This document shows, one piece after another, positions 1 through 7,381 of a stretch of 15,415 bases of DNA. Under the pieces are notes generated by a model. That model did not search any database and was not told where the DNA came from. It worked only from the letters and a program-made list of their open reading frames with translations. This DNA is from Chthoniobacteraceae bacterium. Its GTDB lineage: Bacteria > Verrucomicrobiota > Verrucomicrobiia > Chthoniobacterales > Chthoniobacteraceae. Position 1 is the first letter of the stretch, and every line of letters starts with the position of its first letter. The position numbers and the translations under genes were made by a program. The stretch covers positions 1 to 15,415 of the forward strand of contig JANNWY010000185.1 of assembly GCA_031409335.1 (NCBI GenBank), in the 5' to 3' direction.

Positions 1-952
1 GATGCTCGGCGATGGTGTTCACTGTGAAAGGCCGCGTCGGGTTCGTGGATGACGGAAGGACATTCAGTTCACCGCAGACGCGGATAATGTCCGGCGCGTG
101 ACCGCCGCCCGCGCCTTCGCTGTGGAAGGTGTGAATCGTCCGGCCTTTGAACGCAGCGATGGTGTCTTCGACGAAGCCCGATTCGTTCAGCGTGTCGGTA
201 TGAATCGCGACCTGCACATCAAGTTCATCCGCGACGCCGAGGCAGCAGTCGATCGCCGCAGGCGTGGTGCCCCAGTCTTCGTGGAGCTTGAGTCCGACGA
301 CTCCGGCGAGCACCTGTTCGCGCAGCGGCTCGGGCGTGGAGCAATTGCCTTTGCCGAGAAAGCCGAGGTTCATCGGGAATTCGTCCGCCGCTTCGAGCAT
401 CCGGTGAATGTTCCAAATGCCGGGCGTGCAGGTGGTGGCGTAAGTCCCGTGCGCCGGACCTGTGCCGCCGCCGATCATCGTCGTGACGCCACTCGCGAGC
501 GCATGCTCGATCTGCTGCGGGCAGATAAAATGGATGTGCGTATCAATGCCGCCCGCCGTGACGATGCAGCCTTCGCCCGCGATCACTTCCGTCGCCGCGC
601 CGATCGTCATGTTCACGCCGCGCTGAATCCCCGGATTCCCCGCGTGCCCGATGCCCACGATGCGGCCGTGCTTCACGCCGATATCCGCTTTGATGACACC
701 TTGGACCGCATCGAGAATCAGCGCGTTCGTGATGACGAGATCGAGCGACTCCGCATCGAGCGCCGTCGGCGATTGACCCATGCCATCGCGGATCACTTTG
801 CCGCCGCCAAATTTCACCTCATCGCCATACGCACCGGCCTCGGCGATGAGATCGCGCTCGACTTCAATGAACAGCTCCGTGTCCGCAAGCCGCACGCGAT
901 CACCCACGGTCGGCCCGAACATTTCGGCGTACTGCCGACGCGTCATTTTCAT
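1..952 (-). CDS. ureC: Urease alpha subunit (5' part; continues beyond the left window edge)
   Basis: Absent from the ORF track because there is no stop in the window. Manual translation from ATG 952 (ATGA overlap with the ureB stop) gives [28 protein letters not shown]...[14 protein letters not shown]...[12 protein letters not shown]...GLKLHEDWG...[11 protein letters not shown]...[15 protein letters not shown]...[10 protein letters not shown]. These include the Ni-ligand HxH, the carbamylated Lys and the catalytic His motifs of UreC. Confidence 0.98.
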   Translation of the reverse strand, partial: MKMTRRQYAEMFGPTVGDRVRLADTELFIEVERDLIAEAGAYGDEVKFGGGKVIRDGMGQSPTALDAESLDLVITNALILDAVQGVIKADIGVKHGRIVGIGHAGNPGIQRGVNMTIGAATEVIAGEGCIVTAGGIDTHIHFICPQQIEHALASGVTTMIGGGTGPAHGTYATTCTPGIWNIHRMLEAADEFPMNLGFLGKGNCSTPEPLREQVLAGVVGLKLHEDWGTTPAAIDCCLGVADELDVQVAIHTDTLNESGFVEDTIAAFKGRTIHTFHSEGAGGGHAPDIIRVCGELNVLPSSTNPTRPFTVNTIAEH

Positions 953-1257
953 AGCCTGCCGTTCACCTTTCCGTTCAGGCCAAACACTTCACGCAAGCCA
1001 GCAAGAGCGACTAGTTCCACTTCGCGCGTGTCTCCGGGTTCAAAGCGAACCGCTGTGCCCGCGGGAATGTTCAGCCGAAACCCGCGCGTGGCTTCGCGCT
1101 CAAAACGCAGCGCAGTGTTCGTCTCGTAGAAATGGTAATGGCTCCCGACTTGAATGGGTCGATCGCCGATATTCGCCACGGCGAGCACTTTGGTCTCAAG
1201 GCCCGTGTTGGCTTCGATGTCCGGTGCGTTTGCTGGGATGATTTCGCCGGGAATCAT
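949..1257 (-). CDS. ureB: Urease beta subunit
   Basis: MIPGEII...[19 protein letters not shown]...[18 protein letters not shown]. Start placed at ATG 1257 (canonical MIPGE); the ORF-track extension to 1278 lies in a repeat array. Confidence 0.97.
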   Translation of the reverse strand: MIPGEIIPANAPDIEANTGLETKVLAVANIGDRPIQVGSHYHFYETNTALRFEREATRGFRLNIPAGTAVRFEPGDTREVELVALAGLREVFGLNGKVNGRL

Positions 1258-1261
1258 AGGA

Positions 1262-1358
1262 AAATGACCAATGACCAATGACCAATGACCAATTCAAAAA
1301 CCAGCGCACTAAAACAGAATCCGTCTCTGGTCATTGTGTCATTGGTCATCGGTCATTT
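1262..1358. repeat. Inverted pair of heptamer tandem arrays, (AATGACC)4 ... (GGTCATT-like)4
   Basis: AATGACC at 1263, 1270, 1277 and 1284. Reverse-complement copies GGTCATT 1329, TGTCATT 1337, GGTCATC 1344 and GGTCATT 1351, after a ~35-nt spacer. The element fills nearly the whole ureA-ureB spacer. Confidence 0.93.
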
Positions 1359-1363
1359 CTTCC

Positions 1364-1666
1364 TCATCGGATCGGATTGTGAACCGTGACCAGTTTCGTC
1401 CCATCGGGAAAAGTCGCCTCGACTTGCACCTCGTGGATCATCTCCGCGACGCCTTCCATCACGTCGCTGGTTTTCAAAATGGTCGTTCCGAAGCTCATCA
1501 ACTCGGCAACGCGCCGGCCATCGCGCGCGCCTTCGAGGATTTCAAACGTGATGATCGCGATGGCTTCCGGGTAGTTGAGTTTCAAGCCGCGAGCCTGCCG
1601 ACGGCGGGCGAGATCTGCGGCCACGACGACCAGCAATTTTTCCTGCTCGCGCGGAGACAGATGCAT
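1364..1666 (-). CDS. ureA: Urease gamma subunit
   Basis: 100 aa, [12 protein letters not shown]...[11 protein letters not shown]...EGARDG...[31 protein letters not shown]. Confidence 0.98.
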   Translation of the reverse strand: MHLSPREQEKLLVVVAADLARRRQARGLKLNYPEAIAIITFEILEGARDGRRVAELMSFGTTILKTSDVMEGVAEMIHEVQVEATFPDGTKLVTVHNPIR

Positions 1667-1869
1667 CAGCGGCGCCGGGACGTCAGCCAGCGTGCGGTCG
1701 CGAAAAGCGCCACGGTGAGCGCGGTCGCGACGAGCAGGGTGCCGAGTTCCGCGCCATGGCCTGCGTGTGGAGGACCTGCGGAGAAATCCATGGCTGAGTG
1801 ACCGGGATGCGCGAGGGCTAGCGCGGGAAAGAGAGCAGCGGCGACGGAGGTAAGTGCGGTTTTTTTCAT
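1666..1869 (-). CDS. Small membrane protein with signal peptide, HupE/UreJ-like AHPGH N-terminus and one C-terminal TM helix
   Basis: 67 aa: MKK + hydrophobic stretch + ALA|HPGH, then PPHAGHG, hydrophobic [18 protein letters not shown], and a basic RRR tail. The stop overlaps the ureA start (TGATG). Confidence 0.75.
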   Translation of the reverse strand: MKKTALTSVAAALFPALALAHPGHSAMDFSAGPPHAGHGAELGTLLVATALTVALFATARWLTSRRR

Positions 1870-1899
1870 GTTCGAGATTTTGGGTTGTAGGTGACTTTT

Positions 1900-2733
1900 C
1901 TATTTGGTGCGAGCAACGAGTTTGCGGAGCATTTCATCGCGCTCGCCGGTGGGGGCGCGATCGTGCGCGAGGAGGCTGAGGAGTTCGCGTTTGAGGTCGA
2001 AGAATTCGCGCGTGAGCTTGATCTCGGGCGGGCGCTCGACGCCGAAAGGCACGACGATTTCCCGGATGATGCGGCCTGGCCTGCCGGAGAATACGAGGAT
2101 GCGCGTGGAAAGATAGATGGCCTCCTCGACATCGTGCGTGACGAAGAGCGTGGTGATCTTTTCTTGGCGGCTGAGGAGCAGGAGCAGCTCCTGCATTTCC
2201 TCGCGGGTCTGCGCGTCGAGGGCGCCGAAGGGCTCGTCCATGAGCAGCACCTTTGGCTTTGCGGTGAGCGCACGCGCGATGGCGACACGTTGCTTCATAC
2301 CGCCGGAGAGTTCGCGCGGGTAGGCGTTGTAAAAGCTGTTGAGGCCCATCAGATCGAGCAGCGAATTCGCGCGTCCGATCTGGGTCATCACCTCGCTGGA
2401 GGTGCAGGAAAGATCCAGATTCGCGCCGAGACGGAACGCAAACTTCGTGTTCTCCTCGACCGTGAGCCATGGGAAGAGCGTGTAGTTTTGAAAAACCATC
2501 CCTCGCTCCGGACCCGGCCCGGTTACTCGCTGGCCATCGAGCCTGATCTCGCCGCCAGTCGCTTCGTCGAGCCCGGCGATCATGTAAAGAGTCGTGGATT
2601 TTCCGCAGCCGGACGGACCCACGAGGCTGACAAACTCCGCGTCGCCGATTTCGAACGAGGTCGGCAGCAACGCCTGGGTTGCGCCTTTCTTCGACGTGTA
2701 GGTTTTCTCCACCGCGCGGACTTCGAGCTTCAT
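1900..2733 (-). CDS. NitT/TauT-family ABC transporter ATP-binding subunit (probable guanidine importer)
   Basis: Start at ATG 2733 (ATGA overlap with the permease stop), 277 aa. Walker [11 protein letters not shown]-loop [10 protein letters not shown], signature LSGGMKQR, Walker [13 protein letters not shown]-loop VTHD. Confidence 0.93.
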   Translation of the reverse strand: MKLEVRAVEKTYTSKKGATQALLPTSFEIGDAEFVSLVGPSGCGKSTTLYMIAGLDEATGGEIRLDGQRVTGPGPERGMVFQNYTLFPWLTVEENTKFAFRLGANLDLSCTSSEVMTQIGRANSLLDLMGLNSFYNAYPRELSGGMKQRVAIARALTAKPKVLLMDEPFGALDAQTREEMQELLLLLSRQEKITTLFVTHDVEEAIYLSTRILVFSGRPGRIIREIVVPFGVERPPEIKLTREFFDLKRELLSLLAHDRAPTGERDEMLRKLVARTK

Positions 2734-3533
2734 CGCTTCGTCGTGTCGGCCCAGTGGAAAAGGCGCTGGTTCATTTTGCGAAATACGAAATCGAGCAGCA
2801 GTCCGACCGCGCCGAGGAGGATGAGATAGACGAAGATTTTCGGCGTCTGCACGAAGCGGTAAAACTTCAGCACGCGATAGCCCAGGCCTTCGTTGGCGGC
2901 GATGAGTTCCGCGACGACAAGGTACGTCCATGCCCAGCCATTGCATAGCCGGAGCGCATCGAAGATGCCGGGCCTGGCCGCCGGCCAGAGAACGCGTTGG
3001 ATCACTTCCCCGCGCCGCGCCCCTAGGGTGTAGCTGACTTGCAGCAACTCGTAAGACACGCGGCGCACTTCGTCGGCAACCATGAGCACGAGTTGGAAAA
3101 AGGTGCCGACGAAGATCAGCATGACCTTCGACAACTCGCCGAGGTCGAAGAGCAGCATGAGGATGGGAATCAGCGCAGGCACGGGGACGTAGCGGACAAA
3201 CTCCGTGAGCGGCTGCATGAAGCCTTCGACGAGCTTGAACGATCCGATCCAGATGCCGAGCGGCACGCCGAGCGCGGCGGAAAGCAGGAAGCCCGCGGTG
3301 ACCCGCAGGAAGCTGATCTTCAAATCGCTCCACAGCGTCTCCCCGCGCAGCAATTCGCCCGCGCTGTGCCACACCACTTCCGGCGGAGGCAGGTAAGCGG
3401 TTTCGACAAGCCCGCTGTGGCTCAACCACCACCACGCCGCCACCACGGAGCCGAAGCCCGCGATGGCAGAGCAGTAGTAGAGAGCCCGCGGCACATCCTG
3501 CCGCAGCGCCCAATAGCGGGCGGCTGCTTTCAT
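2730..3533 (-). CDS. NitT/TauT-family ABC transporter permease (probable guanidine importer)
   Basis: 267 aa with several hydrophobic segments, LPPP...SFLRV, EFVRYVPVPALIP, an EAA-like loop (SYTLGA) and WTYLVVAELIAANEGLGY, all typical of TauC/SsuC-type permeases. Confidence 0.93.
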   Translation of the reverse strand: MKAAARYWALRQDVPRALYYCSAIAGFGSVVAAWWWLSHSGLVETAYLPPPEVVWHSAGELLRGETLWSDLKISFLRVTAGFLLSAALGVPLGIWIGSFKLVEGFMQPLTEFVRYVPVPALIPILMLLFDLGELSKVMLIFVGTFFQLVLMVADEVRRVSYELLQVSYTLGARRGEVIQRVLWPAARPGIFDALRLCNGWAWTYLVVAELIAANEGLGYRVLKFYRFVQTPKIFVYLILLGAVGLLLDFVFRKMNQRLFHWADTTKR

Positions 3534-3534
3534 G

Positions 3535-4503
3535 TTACTTCTTCGAGGCTTCGACGAACGTCGCGTCGAGCGCGCCAGCGTAGTCGGGCACTTTCGTCAT
3601 CAGCCCAGTCTGGACGAGAAATTCGCTGATGACCTTTCCGCTTCCGTAAAGCGAGTGAACATCACCTTCGTCCTTCTTGAACGCCTTGAGGTTCGCCTTG
3701 AGGTCGAAGAACTTCGTGCCGGGCAGGAATGCTTTGTAGTCCTCTGGCTTCTGCTCGACGATTTTCGCCATGATCTTCACAGCCTCGTCCTCGTTCTTGT
3801 TGATGAAATCGACCACGTCGAACCACGCATCGACGACCTTCTGAATGTCCGCAGCGCGCTTTTCGACGACCTTCGTTTGAAAGACGAGCAGGTCGGGAAT
3901 CAGCCCCGGTACATCTTTCGAAGTGAAGAGCAGGTTGGCCTTGCCTTCCTTCATCACGTCGTTGAGCGATGGCTGCCAGATCACCGCGGCATCCAGTTTC
4001 CCCTGGCGGAAGGCTGCGGCGGCATCGGGCACCGTCATGTTTTTATAGACGATGTCCTTCTCGGTCATGCCATTCTTCGCCAGCGCTTGCAGCAGGAGGA
4101 AGTGATCCACCGTGCCTAGTTCCGTGGCGACCGTCTTGCCTTTCAGCGACTTGATCGTCTTAAACTCCTTCTTTGAGACGAAGCCATCGTTGCCAGCGGA
4201 GTTATCGTTGGCGAGGACGACTTTCAGTTTGATGCCTTCAGCGAGTGGCGGGATCGTATCGCTCCAGGTCTGGCAATTGGCATCAAGCTTGCCGGTGTTC
4301 AGCGCGGTGAGCGAGTCGGTGTAGATGGGAAACCAGATGAGTTTCACATCGACGCCGCGTTTCTTGAAGAAGCCTTTTTCCTTCGCGATCTCCCAGGCGG
4401 TCCAGCCGGGCCAGTCGGAATATCCGATCTTGATCGGTTCGGCAAAGGCCGGGACGGCGAGCACCGCGGCGAAGAGGGTGGTTAGAAATGTGCGGAGTTT
4501 CAT
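3535..4503 (-). CDS. NitT/TauT (NMT1/SsuA-like) ABC substrate-binding protein, probable guanidine-binding
   Basis: Signal peptide MKLRTFL...PAFA|EP, IGYSDWPGW, NDNSAGND, LKGKTVATELGTVDHFLL, PGLIPDLLV. Substrate is inferred from its position directly after the guanidine hydrolase. Confidence 0.88.
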   Translation of the reverse strand: MKLRTFLTTLFAAVLAVPAFAEPIKIGYSDWPGWTAWEIAKEKGFFKKRGVDVKLIWFPIYTDSLTALNTGKLDANCQTWSDTIPPLAEGIKLKVVLANDNSAGNDGFVSKKEFKTIKSLKGKTVATELGTVDHFLLLQALAKNGMTEKDIVYKNMTVPDAAAAFRQGKLDAAVIWQPSLNDVMKEGKANLLFTSKDVPGLIPDLLVFQTKVVEKRAADIQKVVDAWFDVVDFINKNEDEAVKIMAKIVEQKPEDYKAFLPGTKFFDLKANLKAFKKDEGDVHSLYGSGKVISEFLVQTGLMTKVPDYAGALDATFVEASKK

Positions 4504-4521
4504 GGTGTGTTGGTGATTGAG

Positions 4522-6000
4522 TTACTTGGTTTTCTTTTTGCGTTTTCGTTTTTTGGTTGCGACGGGTTTGCGCTCTGGCCAGTAAGGCGGTGGAGGAAGG
4601 CGCGTCTCGGGCTTCTTTCCGAGCTTGCCTTCGTTCACGAGCGTGCCGAGCACATCCATGATGGCGCGGCAGCCAAGCAGGCCAGTGATGTCGCCGACGT
4701 CGTACTGCGGCGCGACCTCCACGACTTCCATACCGCACAGACCTTCGCGTGCGACGAGCCGGAGCAAGCGCAGCACTTCCCGCGGAAGGAAGCCGCCCGG
4801 CTCGGGCCAGCCAGTGCCGGGAACAAAGCCCGCGTCCAGCGAGTCCACATCGAAGCTCAGGAAGACGGCTTTCGCGCCGTTGCTCCAGGCGACATCGAGC
4901 GCGATCTCCGCGGCCTTATCCACACCCATCATCACGATGTCCTCGATGGTCAGCACCGTGCTGCCGCGCGCGGTGCCGCTCCGGACACCGGGGCGCGGTG
5001 CCTGCCAGCCGCCAATGCCTAGCTGCACGAGATTGATGGGCGGCGCGTTCGGGATATTCGTCGCGTGGAACCAGGGGCATGTATGCATCCGCTCATCCAT
5101 GTCGGTCTCCTGAGTATCGACATGGCGGTCAATGTGAATGATGCCGACCGGCCCATCCATGTACGGCGCGACGCCCCGGACATCCGGGTAGCCGATGGAA
5201 TGATCGCCGCCAAGCATGATCGGGAAAACGCCATTTGAGCGGACATGCGCGACCCCTTTCGAGATCTGGTCGAAGCCCTTCTCGATGTTCGCGATTGTGA
5301 AGATGTCGCCGACATCGCACATCTTCAGCGACTCACGGAGATCCACGCCGAGTTCGTAGTTGTAGGTGCCGTAGAGCGCGGAAATGCGGCGCAAGGCTTG
5401 CGGGCCAAAGCGCGTGCCGCTCCGGTAGGTCGTGCCGATGTCGAAGGGCACGCCGATGATCGCCGCGTCATATTGCGAGACCTTCTTGACGTCTTCGAGG
5501 TAGTGCGTCTTCGCAAAGGTATTGATGCCTGCAAAGTGCGGCAGCTCCCCGCGCGCAAACGTCGAGATGCTTCGGTCTTTAATCGAAGGCGCTGCCTCCA
5601 GCCCATATTCAAGGCAGCGATCCACTTCCTCCTTCCAGCCTTTGTGACCCAGCTCTGCCTCGCGATACTTCGCCCATGCGCCCTGGCGATGTGCCGGGTC
5701 AAAGACTTCTGGGTGCGGATGCCCCGGCGGAACATGGCCAGGCTTGCTGTAGTCCGTGTGCTCCACCGGTGCCCAAGGGTAGCCTTGGGGATGGGCAGGG
5801 TGCGGGTGGTGCGAGCTAGGCAGGTTGGGATATGGCTGCCCGTGCTCTGCGTGATGATGCACGCCGGGGATGAAAGCGTGTCCGGCAGCTTCGTGGTGAT
5901 CCTTGCCTTCGTGATGAGCGAGATCATGTTGCGCTGCCTTACTGGCCGAGCGGACGCGCCGCGCGGCATTTTTCTTTTTGTGTGAGTGGCCGAAGCCCAT
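4522..6000 (-). CDS. gdmH: Guanidine hydrolase (GdmH-like ureohydrolase, arginase/agmatinase family) with His-rich N-terminal extension and basic C-terminal tail
   Basis: Metal-ligand motifs GGDHS, DRHVD and SFDVDSLD. The segments GWKEEVDRCLEYGLEAAPSIKDRSISTFARGELPHFAGINTF, DTQETDMDERMHTCPWFHATN, LVQLGIGGWQ and GFVPGTGWPEPGG closely match my recollection of Synechocystis Sll1077/GdmH, including the Trp in GTGWPEPGG where agmatinases have GTGTP. Start placed at ATG 6000 after an A/C-rich leader (492 aa). Confidence 0.88.
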   Translation of the reverse strand: MGFGHSHKKKNAARRVRSASKAAQHDLAHHEGKDHHEAAGHAFIPGVHHHAEHGQPYPNLPSSHHPHPAHPQGYPWAPVEHTDYSKPGHVPPGHPHPEVFDPAHRQGAWAKYREAELGHKGWKEEVDRCLEYGLEAAPSIKDRSISTFARGELPHFAGINTFAKTHYLEDVKKVSQYDAAIIGVPFDIGTTYRSGTRFGPQALRRISALYGTYNYELGVDLRESLKMCDVGDIFTIANIEKGFDQISKGVAHVRSNGVFPIMLGGDHSIGYPDVRGVAPYMDGPVGIIHIDRHVDTQETDMDERMHTCPWFHATNIPNAPPINLVQLGIGGWQAPRPGVRSGTARGSTVLTIEDIVMMGVDKAAEIALDVAWSNGAKAVFLSFDVDSLDAGFVPGTGWPEPGGFLPREVLRLLRLVAREGLCGMEVVEVAPQYDVGDITGLLGCRAIMDVLGTLVNEGKLGKKPETRLPPPPYWPERKPVATKKRKRKKKTK

Positions 6001-6047
6001 GGGATTAGTGTGATTGCAGAGTTCAGTTGTTGGATTGGAAAGGAGGC

Positions 6048-6219
6048 GCGACGCAGACCTCAGTCGCAGCACTTGATTCCAATCTGCGTTCTGAAATCCG
6101 CGACCTAGAATCCCACCGGCGGTCCGCAGCAGATGTCGATCAGCGTCATCCGGAGAAAGAGAGCCCTGTCGTGAGCGAGTTGCTCGGAACGACTGAGGCG
6201 CTGGTTGGACATGCGTCGC
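6048..6219 (-). other. Candidate structured 5' leader (nested inverted repeats) upstream of gdmH
   Basis: Perfect complementary pairs GCGACGCA (6048-6055)/TGCGTCGC (6212-6219) and CCTCAGTCG (6058-6066)/CGACTGAGG (6190-6198) enclose smaller possible hairpins. Confidence 0.5.
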
Positions 6220-6224
6220 CCATT

Positions 6225-6240
6225 AGCAAAGCAGATGCCA
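6225..6240 (-). promoter_or_regulatory. Sigma54 (RpoN) -24/-12 promoter for gdmH-ABC-ure
   Basis: The minus strand reads TGGCATCTGCTTTGCT, an exact GG-N10-GC spacing close to the TGGCAC-N5-TTGC consensus. Predicted start site is near 6214. Confidence 0.8.
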
Positions 6241-6249
6241 CGGCGAGGA

Positions 6250-6276
6250 AGGCGTTTGGAATACTTCGAAACGCCT
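6250..6276. other. Inverted repeat between urtE and the gdmH promoter (possible weak terminator, RNA-stabilising hairpin or operator)
   Basis: AGGCGTTT (6250-6257) / AAACGCCT (6269-6276), extendable with one mismatch. No strong U-tract follows. Confidence 0.45.
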
Positions 6277-6403
6277 GTGTAAAATAGTTCGTGAACTCGC
6301 GAATCCCATCCAAACGAATCATTCGGATGAAGACCTCCGTGCGCGATTCTCGCCATGCTGGCGGCGCGTTTTATACAGACGCAGCATCGCACGCGGCGTC
6401 GGA

Positions 6404-7360
6404 TTACACCGTTAGATGTCTGCGGACGACCTCATCGGTTAGCGCTGACACCGGCCCCGCGATCACGACAGTCCCGCGATCCATGATCGCAAATGTATCA
6501 GCCAGTTCGCGGCAGAAATCGAGATACTGCTCGACGAGAAGGATGCTGATCTTCTCCTCACCCTTGAGTCGCTGAAGTGCGCTGCCAATTTCGTCGGCGA
6601 GCTTAAAGCCGGTGGTCTGCTCCTTGCGCAATGCCTCAATACAGTCGGCGAAGCGATTCAACATGGCAGGATGCTGCTCGACGCCGTCCTTGAGCAGCAC
6701 CACCACGGTTTCGCTGGCTTCGTCGAAGAGCGGGGACTTTGGCGCGTCTTCGTTCCCGCGCAGATTTTTCAGCGATTGGTTGATCTCCGCGAGAAGGCCC
6801 GGCTCGTTGTGGTGCCCACCCCGACGGAGCAACCGAATCGCGTCGCCAATTTGGTCGATAATGTTGGGCTGAATGCCTTCGGTCGGCTCATCGAGAATCA
6901 GCACCTTGGGTTCGGTGAGCAGAGCGCGACCGATGGCGAGTTGCTGCTGCTGACCGCCGGAAAGCATGCCGCCTTTGCGGGGAAGAAACTCCTTGAGAAT
7001 CGGGAAGAGGCTGAAAACGCGATCAAGGCTGCCAGTGAGCTTCCTGCCGAGAGCGATGGCTCCGATCTTGAGGTTTTCCTCGACGGTGAGTTGCGGAAAA
7101 ATGTCGCGACCTTGCGGCACATAGCCGATGCCAGCGGCGGCGCGTGCTTCGCTGGAAAGGCTGGTGATGTCTTTCCCCGCGAGCGTGATTTTTCCTGCGC
7201 TGGGTTTCAGCACGCCAGTAATGGCGCGGAGCGTCGATGTCTTACCCACACCATTGCGACCCATGAGACAGAAACATTGGTTGCCGGGGACATCGAATTC
7301 GACGCCGCGAAGAATGCGGCTGCCACCGATGGAAAGTTCAAGGGCTTGGACGTTGAGCAC
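6404..7360 (-). CDS. urtE: Urea ABC transporter ATP-binding subunit UrtE with ~87-aa internal insertion
   Basis: GRNGVGKT, YVPQGRDIFPQLTVEENL, LSGGQQQQLAIGRAL, ILDEPTEGIQPNII, ILLVEQYLDF and C-terminal VRRHLTV. 318 aa versus about 230 aa for typical UrtE. GTG start. Confidence 0.93.
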   Translation of the reverse strand: MLNVQALELSIGGSRILRGVEFDVPGNQCFCLMGRNGVGKTSTLRAITGVLKPSAGKITLAGKDITSLSSEARAAAGIGYVPQGRDIFPQLTVEENLKIGAIALGRKLTGSLDRVFSLFPILKEFLPRKGGMLSGGQQQQLAIGRALLTEPKVLILDEPTEGIQPNIIDQIGDAIRLLRRGGHHNEPGLLAEINQSLKNLRGNEDAPKSPLFDEASETVVVLLKDGVEQHPAMLNRFADCIEALRKEQTTGFKLADEIGSALQRLKGEEKISILLVEQYLDFCRELADTFAIMDRGTVVIAGPVSALTDEVVRRHLTV

Positions 7361-7381
7361 GGGACAATTTGCGGGATGGTC

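Noticed and set aside
98..1129. Long plus-strand ORFs (98..1129, 1891..2829, 5245..5985, 6671..7927, 14100..15296 and others)
   Set aside because: They are antisense shadows of well-supported minus-strand genes in GC-rich DNA, with no recognisable motifs.
1263..1357. Repeat array as CRISPR
   Set aside because: The 7-nt units have no spacers, and no cas genes are present.
2734..3513. N-terminal 260 aa of the 537-aa ORF 1900..3513, suggesting a fused or extended ATPase
   Set aside because: It overlaps the permease in another frame and has low-complexity Arg/Ala composition. The ATPase has a proper coupled start at 2733.
4522..6000. Generic agmatinase (speB) annotation
   Set aside because: GTGWPEPGG, MHTCPW and the N-terminal GLEAA..I.DR.I.TF.RGELPH segment fit GdmH rather than SpeB.
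6098..6110. Minus-strand TTCTAGGTCGCGG, resembling the start of a guanidine-I (ykkC) riboswitch
   Set aside because: The downstream GGTCCGAG and AAAAGCCCGGGAG elements are absent, so it was not called; a covariance-model search is needed.
6108..6163. Plus-strand AATCCCACCGGCGGT...CGGAGAAAGAG, faintly like an FMN riboswitch
   Set aside because: Other conserved FMN elements are missing, the orientation is opposite to the genes, and there is no riboflavin context.
6105..6392. 95-aa minus-strand ORF and 86-aa plus-strand ORF in the urtE-gdmH spacer
   Set aside because: No recognisable protein features, and they overlap the promoter and structured leader.
6566..6826. UrtE insertion as an intein
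   Set aside because: No Cys/Ser-starting block or terminal His-Asn followed by a nucleophile. It is too short and looks helical.
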